Part shown: positions 14,957 to 29,044 of the stretch, piece by piece
How positions within the stretch are numbered: the first letter of the stretch is position 1
Layout: the number at the start of each line of letters is the position of its first letter
Source of the DNA: Octopus vulgaris
Taxonomy: Eukaryota
Assembly: GCA_951406725.2 (NCBI GenBank)
Contig: OX597820.1
Location: forward strand, 76,570,001-76,634,000
Direction: 5' to 3'
DNA: 64,000 bases
Made by a program: the position numbers and the translations under genes
Notes under the pieces: model-generated
Told to the model about the DNA's origin: nothing
Seen by the model: only the letters and a program-made list of their open reading frames with translations
Database searches by the model: none

Positions 14957-16111
14957 GTGGGTTCGCAACAGTTCCCACCGTTTTTTTCTTTTTAAATTTT
15001 GGAATCTATTGCGTTTGTAAATTTTGGAATCTATTGTTTTTCGAGAATTCTATTTCTGAATAATTTTGGAATCTATTTTGTTTTGTTTCGTTTTTTATAG
15101 TTAATTTTAGCTAATTTTTTGTTTATTTTCAGATTATTAAAATGGAATGTCGAGTTAAGAAAAACGAGCATCTTCGACACCTCCGTCTTTTTGCTTTTCA
15201 TCAAGGTTCTAAGGCCGCAAAAGCTGCTGACGGTATTTGTGCTGTATATGGAGAAGGCGCCATAGCTGAAGGAACCGCTCGTGATTGGTATGCCAGGTTC
15301 AAAATTGGAAATTTTGACCTCAAAGTCGCACCTCGTTCCGGCCGTCAGGTTGAGTTCGATGAAGAGCAATTAAACCAACTTTTGCCCGAAAATTCTCGTT
15401 AAACGACAAGGGAACTGGCAGAGAGAAGGGGATGCTCACACACTGCTATAGAGAAACATCTTCACTCGATGGGAAAGGTTCAGAAGTATGGAGCATGGGT
15501 TCCGCATGCTTTCAGTGAGAGCAACAGAAATCAACGAGCCACAATCTCCGCTGGTTTGCTTGCTCATCCGCGTAAAACGATGTTGTACGTATGGTGTGAC
15601 TGGGAAGGGTTTATCAATTACGAATTGCTTGAACGGAACCAAACGGTCAACGCGGAAATCTATGTTCAACAGATGGAACGACTCAATACGGCTATTCAAG
15701 AAAAAAGACCTAATAGGCAGCATAGAGTTCTACTGCACAACACGCGCCCTCATATTGCCATTATGACGAAGGAAGCCATTCCAACGCATGGCTGGGAAGT
15801 GCTACCACACCCACCGTACTCTCCTGATTTGGCACCAACGGATTTCCACCTCTTTCGATCTCCTTCAAATGCTATGCGCAGAGTTTTGTTCAATACTGAC
15901 GCAGAATCGAAAGCTTAGTTGGATCACTTTTTCGAGCCGAAATCTGGTGATTTCTACCATCGGAGGTATTGAAAATCTTGTTGAACGTTGGGAAGAAGTT
16001 GTAAACAACAAGGGTGTATAAAGTATTGATTAATTAGTTGCTATTTTTTATTAAGCCGTTTAAAAATGTTAATTAAAAAAAAAAACGACGGGAACTTAGT
16101 TACCAACCCAA
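14957..16111 (+). mobile_element. Mariner (DD34D-type) transposon, pseudogenised with an internal deletion
   Basis: TA-flanked imperfect TIRs (gtgggttcgcaacagttcccaccg / cgacgggaacttagttaccaacccaa). Transposase pieces include the MECRVKKNEHLRH HTH region, WVPH, MLYVWCDWEG and HPPYSPDLAPTDFHLF, with internal stops. Confidence 0.92.
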
Positions 16112-16182
16112 TACATCACTCGAAAACGATTAACTAATGATTTTTTGTTCTGGTTATGTTGGTGTTAATATTGAACCAATGT

Positions 16183-16600
16183 AAGGCGGCAAGCTGGCAG
16201 AAACATTAGCACGCCGAACGAAATACTTGGCGTTATTTCGTCTGTCATTACGTTCTGAGTTCAAATTCCGCCGAGGTCGACTTTGTCTTTCATCCTTTCG
16301 GTGCTGACAAATTAAGTACCAGCTGCGTTCTAAGGTCGATCTAATCGACTGGCTCCCTCCCCCAAAAATTCGGGCCTTGTGTCTAGAGTAGAAAAGGTTA
16401 TTCAAGGCGGCGAGCTGGCAAAATCGTTAGCACACCGGGCGAAATGCTTACCACTATTTCATCTGTCTACGTTCTGATTTCAAATTCCTCCGAGGTCGAC
16501 TTTACATTTCATCCCTTCGGGGTCTATCATATAAGTACCAGTTGAATTCTGGGGTGGATGTAATCGACATAAATCCTCCCATGTAATTGCTGGCCTGAAA
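16183..16600 (+). mobile_element. Two tandem SINE family A copies
   Basis: Same unit as at 342-990. Confidence 0.85.
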
Positions 16601-16813
16601 CCAATATTTAATCTCACTCAGTAGAGGGTATTTTGCTATTGGTCCACCTTATAAACGATTTCTTCTATAAGCTACATATTCTTGTACGTGAGCTTTTGAA
16701 AATATTTATATGCAAATGATTAAAACGTATAGACATATTGACAAACACACCGATATATACGTAACCCATTCAGAAACGTTCTCTATATATTAAAAATGTG
16801 TGTAAACATAATT

Positions 16814-16850
<37 letters not shown>

Positions 16851-17584
16851 GTATCGATCAGCGTCTAGGCAGACGTCACCGGTCTTATTTTTATTGAAAT
16901 AATGCGGACAAACTTCTTGCTTTCCAAGTCACATCTTTTAACTTTAGTCTAGTATCATCGGTATTCAATCAACGATTTGATGACCTTTCCAATATTATAT
17001 GTTACCACTGATTGAACAGGAGAAGAATAGGGGGCGCTTACTCAATGTATTTATTCCATTGAATATTATTCATATATTTCCTTTCACATTTTATATTTAA
17101 CATAGACTTTCTGTATATTTATTGTTGATACAAAATATTTAGATCCTTTATATTGATGTCTTGTATTTCCCTTTCATCATTATCATTTTCTTTTTCATTC
17201 TGACTTCCTTCTAACCTCTATGCATCCTCCCTACCTGCACAGGCAATCATATATCCATACATACTTACGTTTTGTTTGTTCTTTTATCTTATTAGCTCCG
17301 TCTCTCTTACTTTCCTCTTACAACCTCAATTTCTATCTGTGTCTCTGCACACCCATACAAACACACACACACAGAGGCACACACCACACACGCACACACA
17401 CATACACATATACAGATATACATTTATGTATACATATATGTATGTAGATATACAAATATATATACATACATGTATATAAATATAGGCATATATATATATA
17501 CGTGTGTGTGCGTGTGTTCGTATATATATGTATATATATATATATACATACATATATATATACATATACATATATATATGCATA

Positions 17585-17634
<50 letters not shown>

Positions 17635-18203
17635 TATACATATATATGTATATATATATATATATATACATGTGTATGTATGTATATACGCACACACAAA
17701 ATATGTATTATGCATGTGTGCTTGCGTACGTGCATGTGGCAGTGCTGTGTTTGTGTGTCTGTGTATTTATTTGTGTGTTCATGTGTGTGCATCCGTGTGT
17801 CTATAGCGTGAAATTTGTGTTTGCTTTCATGTTTTCACAGAACTTTTTGCTAACATAAATAGCATTTGTGAAACGAGAACAGTTTTTTATTGCCTAAAAC
17901 ATAAAAGAATAGAAATCTGACAATAAGTTATGCCAAAGATTAGATACTTCCACAGATAAAATTCGGTGCTTTCATCAGCTGCGTGGAAAGTTTCAGGCTG
18001 ATCACCATATTTTTACAACATATCTCCCATCTTAATAAATATATGCCTGTCACGTGACAGTAACAGACAGTGACGGCTAAGTATTTGTCTGACTTCAAGC
18101 TCTACAGCCAATTGCCACCCTTCCCTACTTTTCCTCCTCATTCTACTATTACTACTACTATTACTACTACTAGTACTACTACCCCCCACTACTACTACTA
18201 ATG

Positions 18204-18284
<81 letters not shown>

Positions 18285-18453
18285 TTATTTTTATTTCAAT
18301 TTTTTGGCCACAGTGTGAATGACGAGTGGGACAATCCAGAGACCGAAGAGTAAGTACACATTGAAAAAGAAGAGACATACGCATAGCTTTCAACAGTAAA
18401 AAACAAAATGGTGGGGTGGGTGATACATGTGGCCCGCCTGATACAGGAAAGCC

Positions 18454-18542
<89 letters not shown>

Positions 18543-18544
18543 TG

Positions 18545-18576
<32 letters not shown>

Positions 18577-18804
18577 ATAACTAATGATAATCCATTCTAC
18601 ATTAGGCACAAGGCCTGCAATTTGGGGGAAGGGGATAAGTCGATTACATCGACCCCAGTGTGTGACTGGTACTTAATTTATCGTCCTGAAAGAATGAAAG
18701 GCAAAGTCAATCTCGGTGGAATTTGACCTCAGATGGAGCTAGCTGCAAGCGGAATACCAGCGTGCTAACGATTCTGCCAGCTGACTGCAATAATAATAAT
18801 AATG

Positions 18805-18873
<69 letters not shown>

Positions 18874-19282
18874 GTATCTGAAAGATATCTGAGCTTCTAG
18901 GCTTCTGGTCTGAAAACAAAGCCATCAAATATCCCCAATATAACAAGGTAGTGTTGCAAGTATGGACAGGCGCATTAGATTATCTCATGATACATTAGAT
19001 TATCTCGCATTTGTTATACAGATATACGGCCTCGTTTTGTGCATATTTGACCAAGTGAATATGAGATTTGTATCGAAACGCAGTGAAGCAACCATATCGT
19101 CATGATGAAAATTATGATGCTGCTGCTTTTGTTGCTGTCGCTGCTGCTGCTGATGACGATGAGGATTATCATCATCATCGTCATCGTCATTATAGTATTA
19201 ATACAACTATCACCACCGGTATCAACCCCCATCACCACCACTATCACCACACTATTACAACTACTGCTACTGCTGTTGCTGG

Positions 19283-19345
<63 letters not shown>

Positions 19346-20031
19346 CATTACTACTACCACTACTACTGCTGCTGCCACTGCCGATGCTACTTAATTGATT
19401 TAAATGAAAAGTTTGATTGAGCAAATTGCGCAATAGTGTACATTAAACAATAACACTCATGCATTGTTTTTTTTCTTTCTATGCTAGCGGCATTGAGAGA
19501 CAATGAGCAGAATCTCTGAATAATTCGATCGGAGAATTTTGTCACTTATTATTATATCGACTCGTGTAGAATACTGTACGTTAATTTGATGATTGTCTCA
19601 TCACCCCTTTAACAAGTTTGCACGAAATTTATATTATTTTCTACTTAGTCACAAAGTCCGAAATATTACAAGAGGGGCTAGTCGATTAGATCGACCCAAT
19701 TATGCAACAGGTATTTAATTTATCGACCTCGAAAGAATGAAAGGCAAAGTCGACCTCGGCGTAATTTGAACTCAGAATATAACGGCAGACAAAGAACGAA
19801 ATTTATATTCTTTTCTACTCTAGGCACAAGGCCCGAAATGCAGATGAATTGATGGGCAAGGAAAAGTTTAACCAAAGAGCAGAGTAAAAGAGAGAAGACG
19901 TTCTTGAAAGGATAATGAATGGACAATTTGAAAGGAATACATAAGACGTTAAGGATAGTACAGCATCGTTGGCATGGCTTGAGCGAGATGATTGACAATA
20001 ATAAACACACGCACTTTTTCTATTTGATTCC

Positions 20032-20102
<71 letters not shown>

Positions 20103-21269
20103 CATTATTATTATTGTTCCTCCTGTAACACAGTGTAGGTAAAAATGCACCGGGTCTTTAGGCGTCTGTCAAGTCGCAACAAGGACCTCAGACAAGTAAT
20201 ACTTTCCTTAAGATGTGCGATGTGCGTAATATGTATGTTTTTATTGCAAGACATCAATCTTGCATGGGATTTGCAGTTGCCTTAAGAAGTTTTGAAGTTT
20301 CAATGGGATTGAGCCCAACGTTTATGTACATATATTTAGTAGAATGTTGACATTTAGCAATGTATTCCCCCATTGTGCTGATGCGGCGTTTATCATTAAT
20401 AAAATTGTCAGCCAGTTTTGCCAAAATGCTAATTGTAACTTAGCGGTTCAGCAAAAACAACCGATAGAATAAATAGTAGCTTTTCAAAATTTGTCCTGGG
20501 GTCAATGTTTTCGACCGGCCCCAGCATGGCCGCAGTCAAACCACTGAGACAAGTAGAGGATAAAAGACAAAATAAGTGAAATAGAATCAGGGCATGTGTA
20601 TATATTATTGGTACAATGACCCTCCGGAGAAACAATAAATTAATAATAGTCTATCCTATGAAATATTTGTTGCTCAGAATAACAAAAATAGTTCATAAAT
20701 ACAGCCTTCTTACTGTATAGCATTAGTTATAAAAAATAATATCAATAGCGAAAGGTCTTAAAACTTTATAGAATTTATTTTGCAGATACATTTGGACATG
20801 TGTAAAGTATTTTGATGTTTTCTTTTGCATTTGGTGATGTCAATGAAATTTCTTTCAACTTGAATTCGACGCAATATCACGGTCTCTTTGTCTAGTAAGT
20901 TGTATCACGGTGTCATTTCATTGTGCTTATGATAACTAGTATAAATATTATCATATATATTACTTTATTTTATTGTTATGCTTTTCAGAGAAGCTCTGTA
21001 GGAGTTGAGCAATGCAAGAAGAAATATAATGTAGGTGTCTGCATTCTGCTATGAAGAGAGGAACTAATCTTTTCTTTATATATATATATAATGTTACTCG
21101 CCATGATAGATCGGTAGCCACTACACACATTTTTTTTGTCTCCTTGTTTCTCTCCCTGTTTCTTTCTGTGTTTCTTTCTGTGGAAGAGCATAGGCTCGAA
21201 ATGTTAAAGACTTTTTCAATTCCCGAGCCTTATACTAATACATCTTCATTTAAAAACTAAGTTGTGGTT

Positions 21270-21675
21270 AGGCGCAGGTGTAGATGTGTGCTAAGAAGCT
21301 TGCTTCCCAACCAGATGGTTGCGAGTTCAGTTTTACTGCGTGGCACATTGGGCAAGTCTATTCTCACTATAGCCTCAGGCCGACGAAAGACTTGTGGATT
21401 GATCTGGTAAACGGAAACTAAAAGAAGCCTTTTGTATATATATATATATACATATATGTATATGTTTACGTGTGTTTGTGTGCGTGTCTTCACCACCCTA
21501 CCACCGCTTGATCATCGGTACTGGTGCGTTTACTTCCACGTAACTCAGCGGTTCAGCAAAAACAACCGATAGAATAAGTAGTAGCTTTTCAAAATTTGTC
21601 CTGGGGTCAATGTTTTCGACCGGCCCCAGCATGGCCGCAGTCAAACCACTGAGACAAGTAGAGGATAAAAAACAA
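21270..21675 (+). mobile_element. Bipartite tRNA-derived SINE (family B, CORE-like ccttgggcaagt motif) with an internal (TA)/(TG) microsatellite
   Basis: Head ggcgcagg...gagttcagt...ttgggcaagt...ggaaactaaaagaagcc, then a microsatellite, then tail ...ccgatagaataagta...ccagcatggccgcagtcaaa. Confidence 0.8.
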
Positions 21676-21942
21676 AAGAGAAGTTAGAAAGCAATGCCCG
21701 ATACCTTTAAGAGAATCTCCAAGAGACTGTTGGAACAAGAAGTTTGTTCATATGTACGTGAGCAGGATTTTAGACATCCTTTCGACGCATTTATGCATCC
21801 ACTCAAGTATGCGTGTATCTATACATTTGACGGATATTTATCCTCATCTTGCCCGCGCGCTTAACCATTACGCTATATGCCCGCATATGGCGTAGTGGTT
21901 AAGAGCGAAGCAGTGACCTGAATATTACTACAACTACTACTG

Positions 21943-22019
<77 letters not shown>

Positions 22020-22109
22020 ACTGCTACTGCTACTGCTGCTGCTACTACTACTGCTGCTACTACTACTGCTACGACTACTACTACTACTACTACCACCACC
22101 ATCACCACC

Positions 22110-22273
<164 letters not shown>

Positions 22274-22285
22274 TAATAATAATAA

Positions 22286-22838
22286 ATGCCCTGATGTAGT
22301 CCCAGGCAGTGGCTCTCGTGGCTTCTGATCTTAATTAATTGGAAGTGTTATCATGTACATTGTCTTAGTATAAAAGATGGGCTACAGCAAATATTCTGCT
22401 CAATACTACAGATTTGCTTGTCAGTTATTAGACCTTAATCAGTTGAGCATGTCCTTTAGTGGCTGACGATATGTGCATCTCTGATCACGAGCAGAAGTAG
22501 TGGGGGAGAATCATAGCCATGTGTTGAGAGGAATTCTTTGGAGTTTGAATAATTCACCTCTGGAAATATGGGTGTTTCGTTCAACATCCTTAAACAACCC
22601 TTATTCAGGGACCTTTTGAGCGGGATGGGTAACTCAACCAGAAGAAAACTCTAACTGGGTCCCACTAGCAAGGTCATGTGCTGTTTATCTTGATATGAGA
22701 TCACCATGTCGCGCATGTATGGTTGTGATGCATGTGCCTAGTGTACACTTATCAGACGGGTAGTCATGATTTGTATACTGGGCTTCGTATATCTTAACTC
22801 AGTGTCACTTTGATGGCATGCACTGCTCTTTCACCCAA
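22286..22838 (+). mobile_element. About 550-bp non-coding interspersed element inserted in an (AAT)n tract
   Basis: Flanked by AAT repeats on both sides. A diverged reverse-complement copy lies at about 54385-54850, also ending at (ATT)n. Confidence 0.75.
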
Positions 22839-22897
22839 TAATAATAGCATCGAAAAAATAACTTAGGAATAAGAACACATGTTTGAAATTTCCCTAA

Positions 22898-22943
22898 GAC
22901 ACCTGATGAAGGCTGGAGGATATATCAGCCGAAACGTTGTGTT
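22898..22943 (+). ncRNA. Minimal type I hammerhead ribozyme motif
   Basis: Stem I GACAC/GUGUU, core CUGAUGA plus one extra A, stem II GGCUGG/UCAGCC, GAAA, palindromic ACGU in place of stem III, and cleavage triplet GUU (predicted cut after 22938). Confidence 0.75.
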
Positions 22944-23048
22944 AACAACTCACAAGATGAGGACAAAGATCCGTCAAATGTAAATAATGTACATAATTCC
23001 TCCTCTCTTATAGAACTATATGTACATTGATTGAACGCGATTAATAAG

Positions 23049-23095
<47 letters not shown>

Positions 23096-23718
23096 CCATC
23101 CATATACACACATACACATGTACATATATATACATATGCATATATACGTATATTATTGTTTTGTGAATGAATGTGCTTAATCCTTCTGTTGTCTATCCTA
23201 CGTCTTGATTTCATTTTTCGTCAGAGAGAAATTGGGCATTGTAATGGGTACTAGGAATATCACCGCTCCCGGGTATTCCAGAGTTAGCACATAGATCAGA
23301 AACAAGGTTAGAAAAAATAGTACTCGAATACCAGATGTAGAGTAATATGTTTTATTAATAAAGCTACAAAGACACCACAAAAAATTGTTATTCAGTGTTT
23401 TACGATCCCGTTTGTCTGCCGAACGGGAACGTGAAACTCTGAGAAACAATTTTTGTGATGTCTTTAAAGATTTACATAAACACAGACACACACACAAGCA
23501 CATATTTCATAATGGGAACAAATGCATAGAGATATATGTCAACTGAGTGCTGGACACTCACAAGATAAATACGGTAACGCGATACATAATTCACCCATGT
23601 ACTCACTTCCTTCCGCTGTAAAAGTTCTGCAGATGTTCAGTTATGATTTGACACATTATTGCAAGATAATTGACGAAACGCCAGTAGAAGAGTTGCGAGA
23701 ACATATGTATTAATATAT

Positions 23719-23778
<60 letters not shown>

Positions 23779-23819
23779 TGAGATAGTTGGTGTGTGAAAG
23801 CACGTGGTTGAATATATAG

Positions 23820-24080
23820 AAAATAGTAAAAAGTGAAAAAACTACAGAAGGCTTGTTTTAGAAGGTTAAACAATATATATTTGAGTCGTTATGTCTCCTT
23901 CACACTTCTCAACGTAAACATAACGATGTAAGAAATTTGAAAAGCTGAACGCGAAACCGGTGTTTCTTCAAAAACTATGTCATTTTATGAAAAAAATTTA
24001 TAACATTCTTCAGACATAATGACTCAAATATATATTGTTTAACCTTCAAAAAAGCCTTATGTAGTTTTTTCACTTTTTAC

Positions 24081-24086
<6 letters not shown>
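23820..24086. mobile_element. Short element with about 77-bp inverted arms next to a (TA)n tract (MITE or fold-back)
   Basis: 23820-23896 is the reverse complement of 24012-24086 with a few differences. Confidence 0.8.
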
Positions 24087-24172
<86 letters not shown>

Positions 24173-24351
24173 TATATATATATCTATTTATTTATATATA
24201 TATACATATATATATAGAGATACATATATATTTCTATACACACACACATACACATATAAGTTCACGAACGTAGATATGAACACTTTGACAGAAAAACAAG
24301 CCATTAGATATGTATATATATATATATATACACATATATATATATACATAT

Positions 24352-24398
<47 letters not shown>

Positions 24399-24481
24399 CA
24401 TATAAATATATAAATATATATATACATACATATATATATACATATATATATACATACATATATATATTTACATATATATAC

Positions 24482-24519
<38 letters not shown>

Positions 24520-24869
24520 ATACATACATACATATACACATATATATATACATACATACATATATACATACATATATATATATATATATACATACATAGA
24601 TACATATATACATATATACATATATACATACATACATATATACATACATACATATATACATACATACATATATACATACATACATACATATATAGATAAA
24701 TATATATATATACATACATATATACATATATACATATATACATACGTACATATATATATATAAATATTTCGAGATGTATGTATTACACATATGTATGTAT
24801 GCATATATATATATATGCATATGTACGTGGGTATGTGTGTGCATATGGGTGGCTATTTATCTTTTTCTT

Positions 24870-25061
24870 TTATCTTTTACTTTACATTTGACTGCGGCCA
24901 TGCTGGAACATCACCTTTAGTTGAAGAGATCAACCCCAGGACTTATTCTTTGTAAGCCTAGTACTTATTCAATTTTTTTCTTTTTTACCGAACCGCTAAA
25001 TTAAGGGGACGTAAACACACAAACATCGGTTGTCAAGCGATGGTAGTGGGAGCACACACAC

Positions 25062-25107
<46 letters not shown>

Positions 25108-25268
25108 TCGACAGTCTTCTTTCAGTTTTTGCCTTCCAATTCCACTCACAAGCCTTTGGTCAATCCGAGGCTCTTGTAGAACACACTTGCCCAAGGTACC
25201 ACGCAGTTGGACTGAACCCGGAACCATTTGGTTGGTAAGGAAACTACTTAGCACAGCCACTCCTGCTC

Positions 25269-25270
<2 letters not shown>
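24870..25270 (-). mobile_element. SINE family B copy
   Basis: Reverse complement of the family B head and tail with a (CA)/(TA) linker. Confidence 0.85.
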
Positions 25271-25336
<66 letters not shown>

Positions 25337-25384
25337 ATATCTATATATATATATATCTGTCTGTTTGTCTGTCTATCTAGTCAG

Positions 25385-25442
<58 letters not shown>

Positions 25443-25494
25443 ATCTATCTATCTATATCTATCTATCTACCTGTTTGTCTGTCTATCTAGTCAG

Positions 25495-25582
<88 letters not shown>

Positions 25583-25990
25583 TTATTATTTTCCCTCAAT
25601 CAATACACACATAATGCATATATACACACTCACTCATAATTGAATGAATAAATAGGTACGTTGAGAGGATTTTTAAAATCCCCTTGTAATACATTTATAA
25701 ACAAAATTAAGTGCCTAAGGGAAAAAGGAAATGCTTGTGTCAAACACTTTCGTCGGAAAGTATTGCTTCTACTCTCTAGTTAAGGCTGATTACCATCGCT
25801 AATTGCATCCGATCTAATCGTTTGATTTAATATATAATTGATCGAACCTAATATATCATTCCTAACCAGTTGAACGATTATATCAATGCTGTTTCACTCC
25901 AAGAAAAATTAAACCAATCGTTAAAGGAGCCTGCATAAAATTTGCATGTGTTAGAATTAATGTGGTGGTCTTTTTACCAGTTTCTTGACA

Positions 25991-26378
25991 ATATTATACT
26001 TTTGTGGATGTATTTGGCTTCTAAAAACCAGAGAGTACTCCTGTCTCATCGAGGTAATTTTGTAACGATTTCACTGAAGCCTGTACTAGAAGACATATAC
26101 ATAATTTACAGCGAAATAAATATCATAGGATGAAACGTAATTTTTCACACAAGCCACTAATATATTTTGTGCAAGGGCGTATATATATATATATATACGT
26201 CCTTGCACAATATATATTAGTGGCTTGTCTGAAAAATTACGTTTCATCCTATGATATTTATTTCGCTGTAAATTATGTATATGTCTTCTAGTACAGGCTT
26301 CAGTGAAATCGTTACAAAATTACCTCGATGAGACAGGAGTACTCTCTGCTTTTTAGAAGCCAAATACATCCGCAAAAG

Positions 26379-26386
<8 letters not shown>
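25991..26386. repeat. 396-bp near-perfect palindrome centred on a (TA)9 tract
   Basis: The arms pair without indels (paired coordinates sum to 52377); about 6 mismatches counted by eye in 198 pairs. Confidence 0.95.
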
Positions 26387-26430
<44 letters not shown>

Positions 26431-27140
26431 CGTAGCCCTTTTCAAGCCTAGCCAGGCTCATGGGCCCGGTTTCCTGGTTTCTGTGGCGTATGTTCCCCCC
26501 CATCTGGACGGGACGCCAGTGCATATGGGGAGAATTCACAAAAAAAAAAAAGAAAAGAAAGAGCTCTTCATCAGAAATATATAAAAATCCAAAGAAGGGA
26601 AAACGGAAAATCGCCAACGATACACACGCTGTCATATATTGAAACAACCGGAAGGGAAAGGGTAAATAAAAAGTTCTTTCCAAGACAGGGGAATTCAAGG
26701 GAAGGAGGTATTTGTGTATATGTGTGGATATGTGCGTGCGCGCAAGTCAGGTGTGTGTGTGCCTGTGATATATATACTAGCAGATACCCGTCCTTGTTTG
26801 GGATTAAAACGGCACAGTTTTTTATTGTTTCATTTGTTTCATTCATGTGATTGCGGCCATGCTGGAGCACCATCTTTACACGAAGAAATCGAACCCAGGA
26901 TTTATTCTTTGTAAGCTAAGTATTCATTCTATCGGTGCGTTTTGCCAAAGGGCTAAAATACGGGGACGTAAACACACCAACATCGGTTGTCAAGCGACGG
27001 TAGGTGTACAAACATAGACACGCACACACACACATAAACACACACAAATATAAACATATATACGATAGTCTTCTATCAGTTTCAGCGTACGAAATACACT
27101 CGCAAGGCTGTGGTGGGCCTGAGGCTAGAGTGTATGTATG

Positions 27141-27188
<48 letters not shown>

Positions 27189-27257
27189 CACATACACACA
27201 CACACATATACATATACATACATACATGTACATATATACATAAATATATATATATAC

Positions 27258-27304
<47 letters not shown>

Positions 27305-27380
27305 TGTATACATACATATATATGCACATATATACACATATATACATATACATACATACATATACATCTACATATATATA

Positions 27381-27418
<38 letters not shown>

Positions 27419-28548
27419 AACATATATGTGCAGGATTTGGACGAATTCATTGAAGCAGATATTATACAGATAGTCACGTTTCCAGTCGCTGAACATCACC
27501 TATTAGTAAGCAAGCCATATTTCCCAGTGACTGGATATATTTTAGCAGAATATTGGAAATGAATGACACTGCTCGTTTAAAATGCCAATCCTTTAGTTCC
27601 ATCATGCAACGCCAGGACAAAACAGAACATACAAACGCATACAGGTATACACACACATATATATAAGGTACACACAGACACACAGACACACACATAGAGT
27701 TTTGATTGCTATTGTTAATCTCCGTCTTTCAAATCCACTCATCAGGCTTTGGTCGACCCGATGTTATAACCAGACTCTTGCTCACATTGGCACGTATTAA
27801 GACTGAACTCAGAGCCGTGTTTATTCAGAAACAAATTTCTTAACCACTCAGCTACGCCAGTACGCGTTCCTAATCATTTTTGCATGACTATGTATGAATG
27901 TATGTATGATTATATAAATGCATATATGTGGTGAAAGTCTGTGCTTGTTTTTAACTCTATGTGTCTTTGAATGGATTTATATATTCAGTGTGTCAAAAGC
28001 CTTGAAATGTCTTACTAATACATAAAAATCTGTTGTAAAGACGAATAAAGTGGTTTGCTGTGAGGAAAAGTTAAAAACTATTCAGAACCAAAATAATAAA
28101 ATATAGCTCCTTACCTTCGTCTGGTATTAGAAAAGGAAAAGAAATCACACATAGAAATGTCCGTTATCAATTCATAAGCTACACATTAGCTAAAATGGAG
28201 AGACGCCTATAGGCTCTTGGTTGAATGAATGGTGGAAAGTCAGAATAATATCAACTCTGTCAATGACACTTTCTGAGGCGTTCGCTGGAATTAAGCGCGT
28301 GACATAACGCAATAACATATATATTGGCACACACACATACGCATATATATATATATATATATATATGCGCGCTCCCTCGGACACACACATACACACACAC
28401 AAACACACACGTGTATATATATATCTATCTATGCAACTATATGTACTTATTTATATGAATAGAAGCATACGTATATGCATGCCTGTATATATATGATTAA
28501 ATCTATCAACCTCTCCCTCTCTATACCTACGTATGATCATACATGTGA

Positions 28549-28672
<124 letters not shown>

Positions 28673-29002
28673 TGTACAGAGAGACTTCACTCACATAGAC
28701 ACACATATATATATACATTCATGCAGATAGAGACTTCACATACACACATACACATTCCTAAGAGGGTTTCTTTGCATGTGTCTGTGATTGTGTACGCATT
28801 GTTTGTATGAATAAATGTTATAGAGATTTTTAACACTACCTTACATAGTAGGAAAGAATTATCTTATCTGAATTTCAGTTCTAAATACGATACGGAAATC
28901 TTGGCACGAAACCAATACAGATTAGGTATTATTAACACCTATTTACATGATACGGCTGCAAAAGTAATCACACGCAGATTAACTCATATATATCATTCCA
29001 TA

Positions 29003-29044
<42 letters not shown>

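Noticed and set aside
23606-23700. Minus-strand GTGAGT donor as a possible SLC6 exon
   Set aside because: No SLC6-like peptide and no convincing acceptor.
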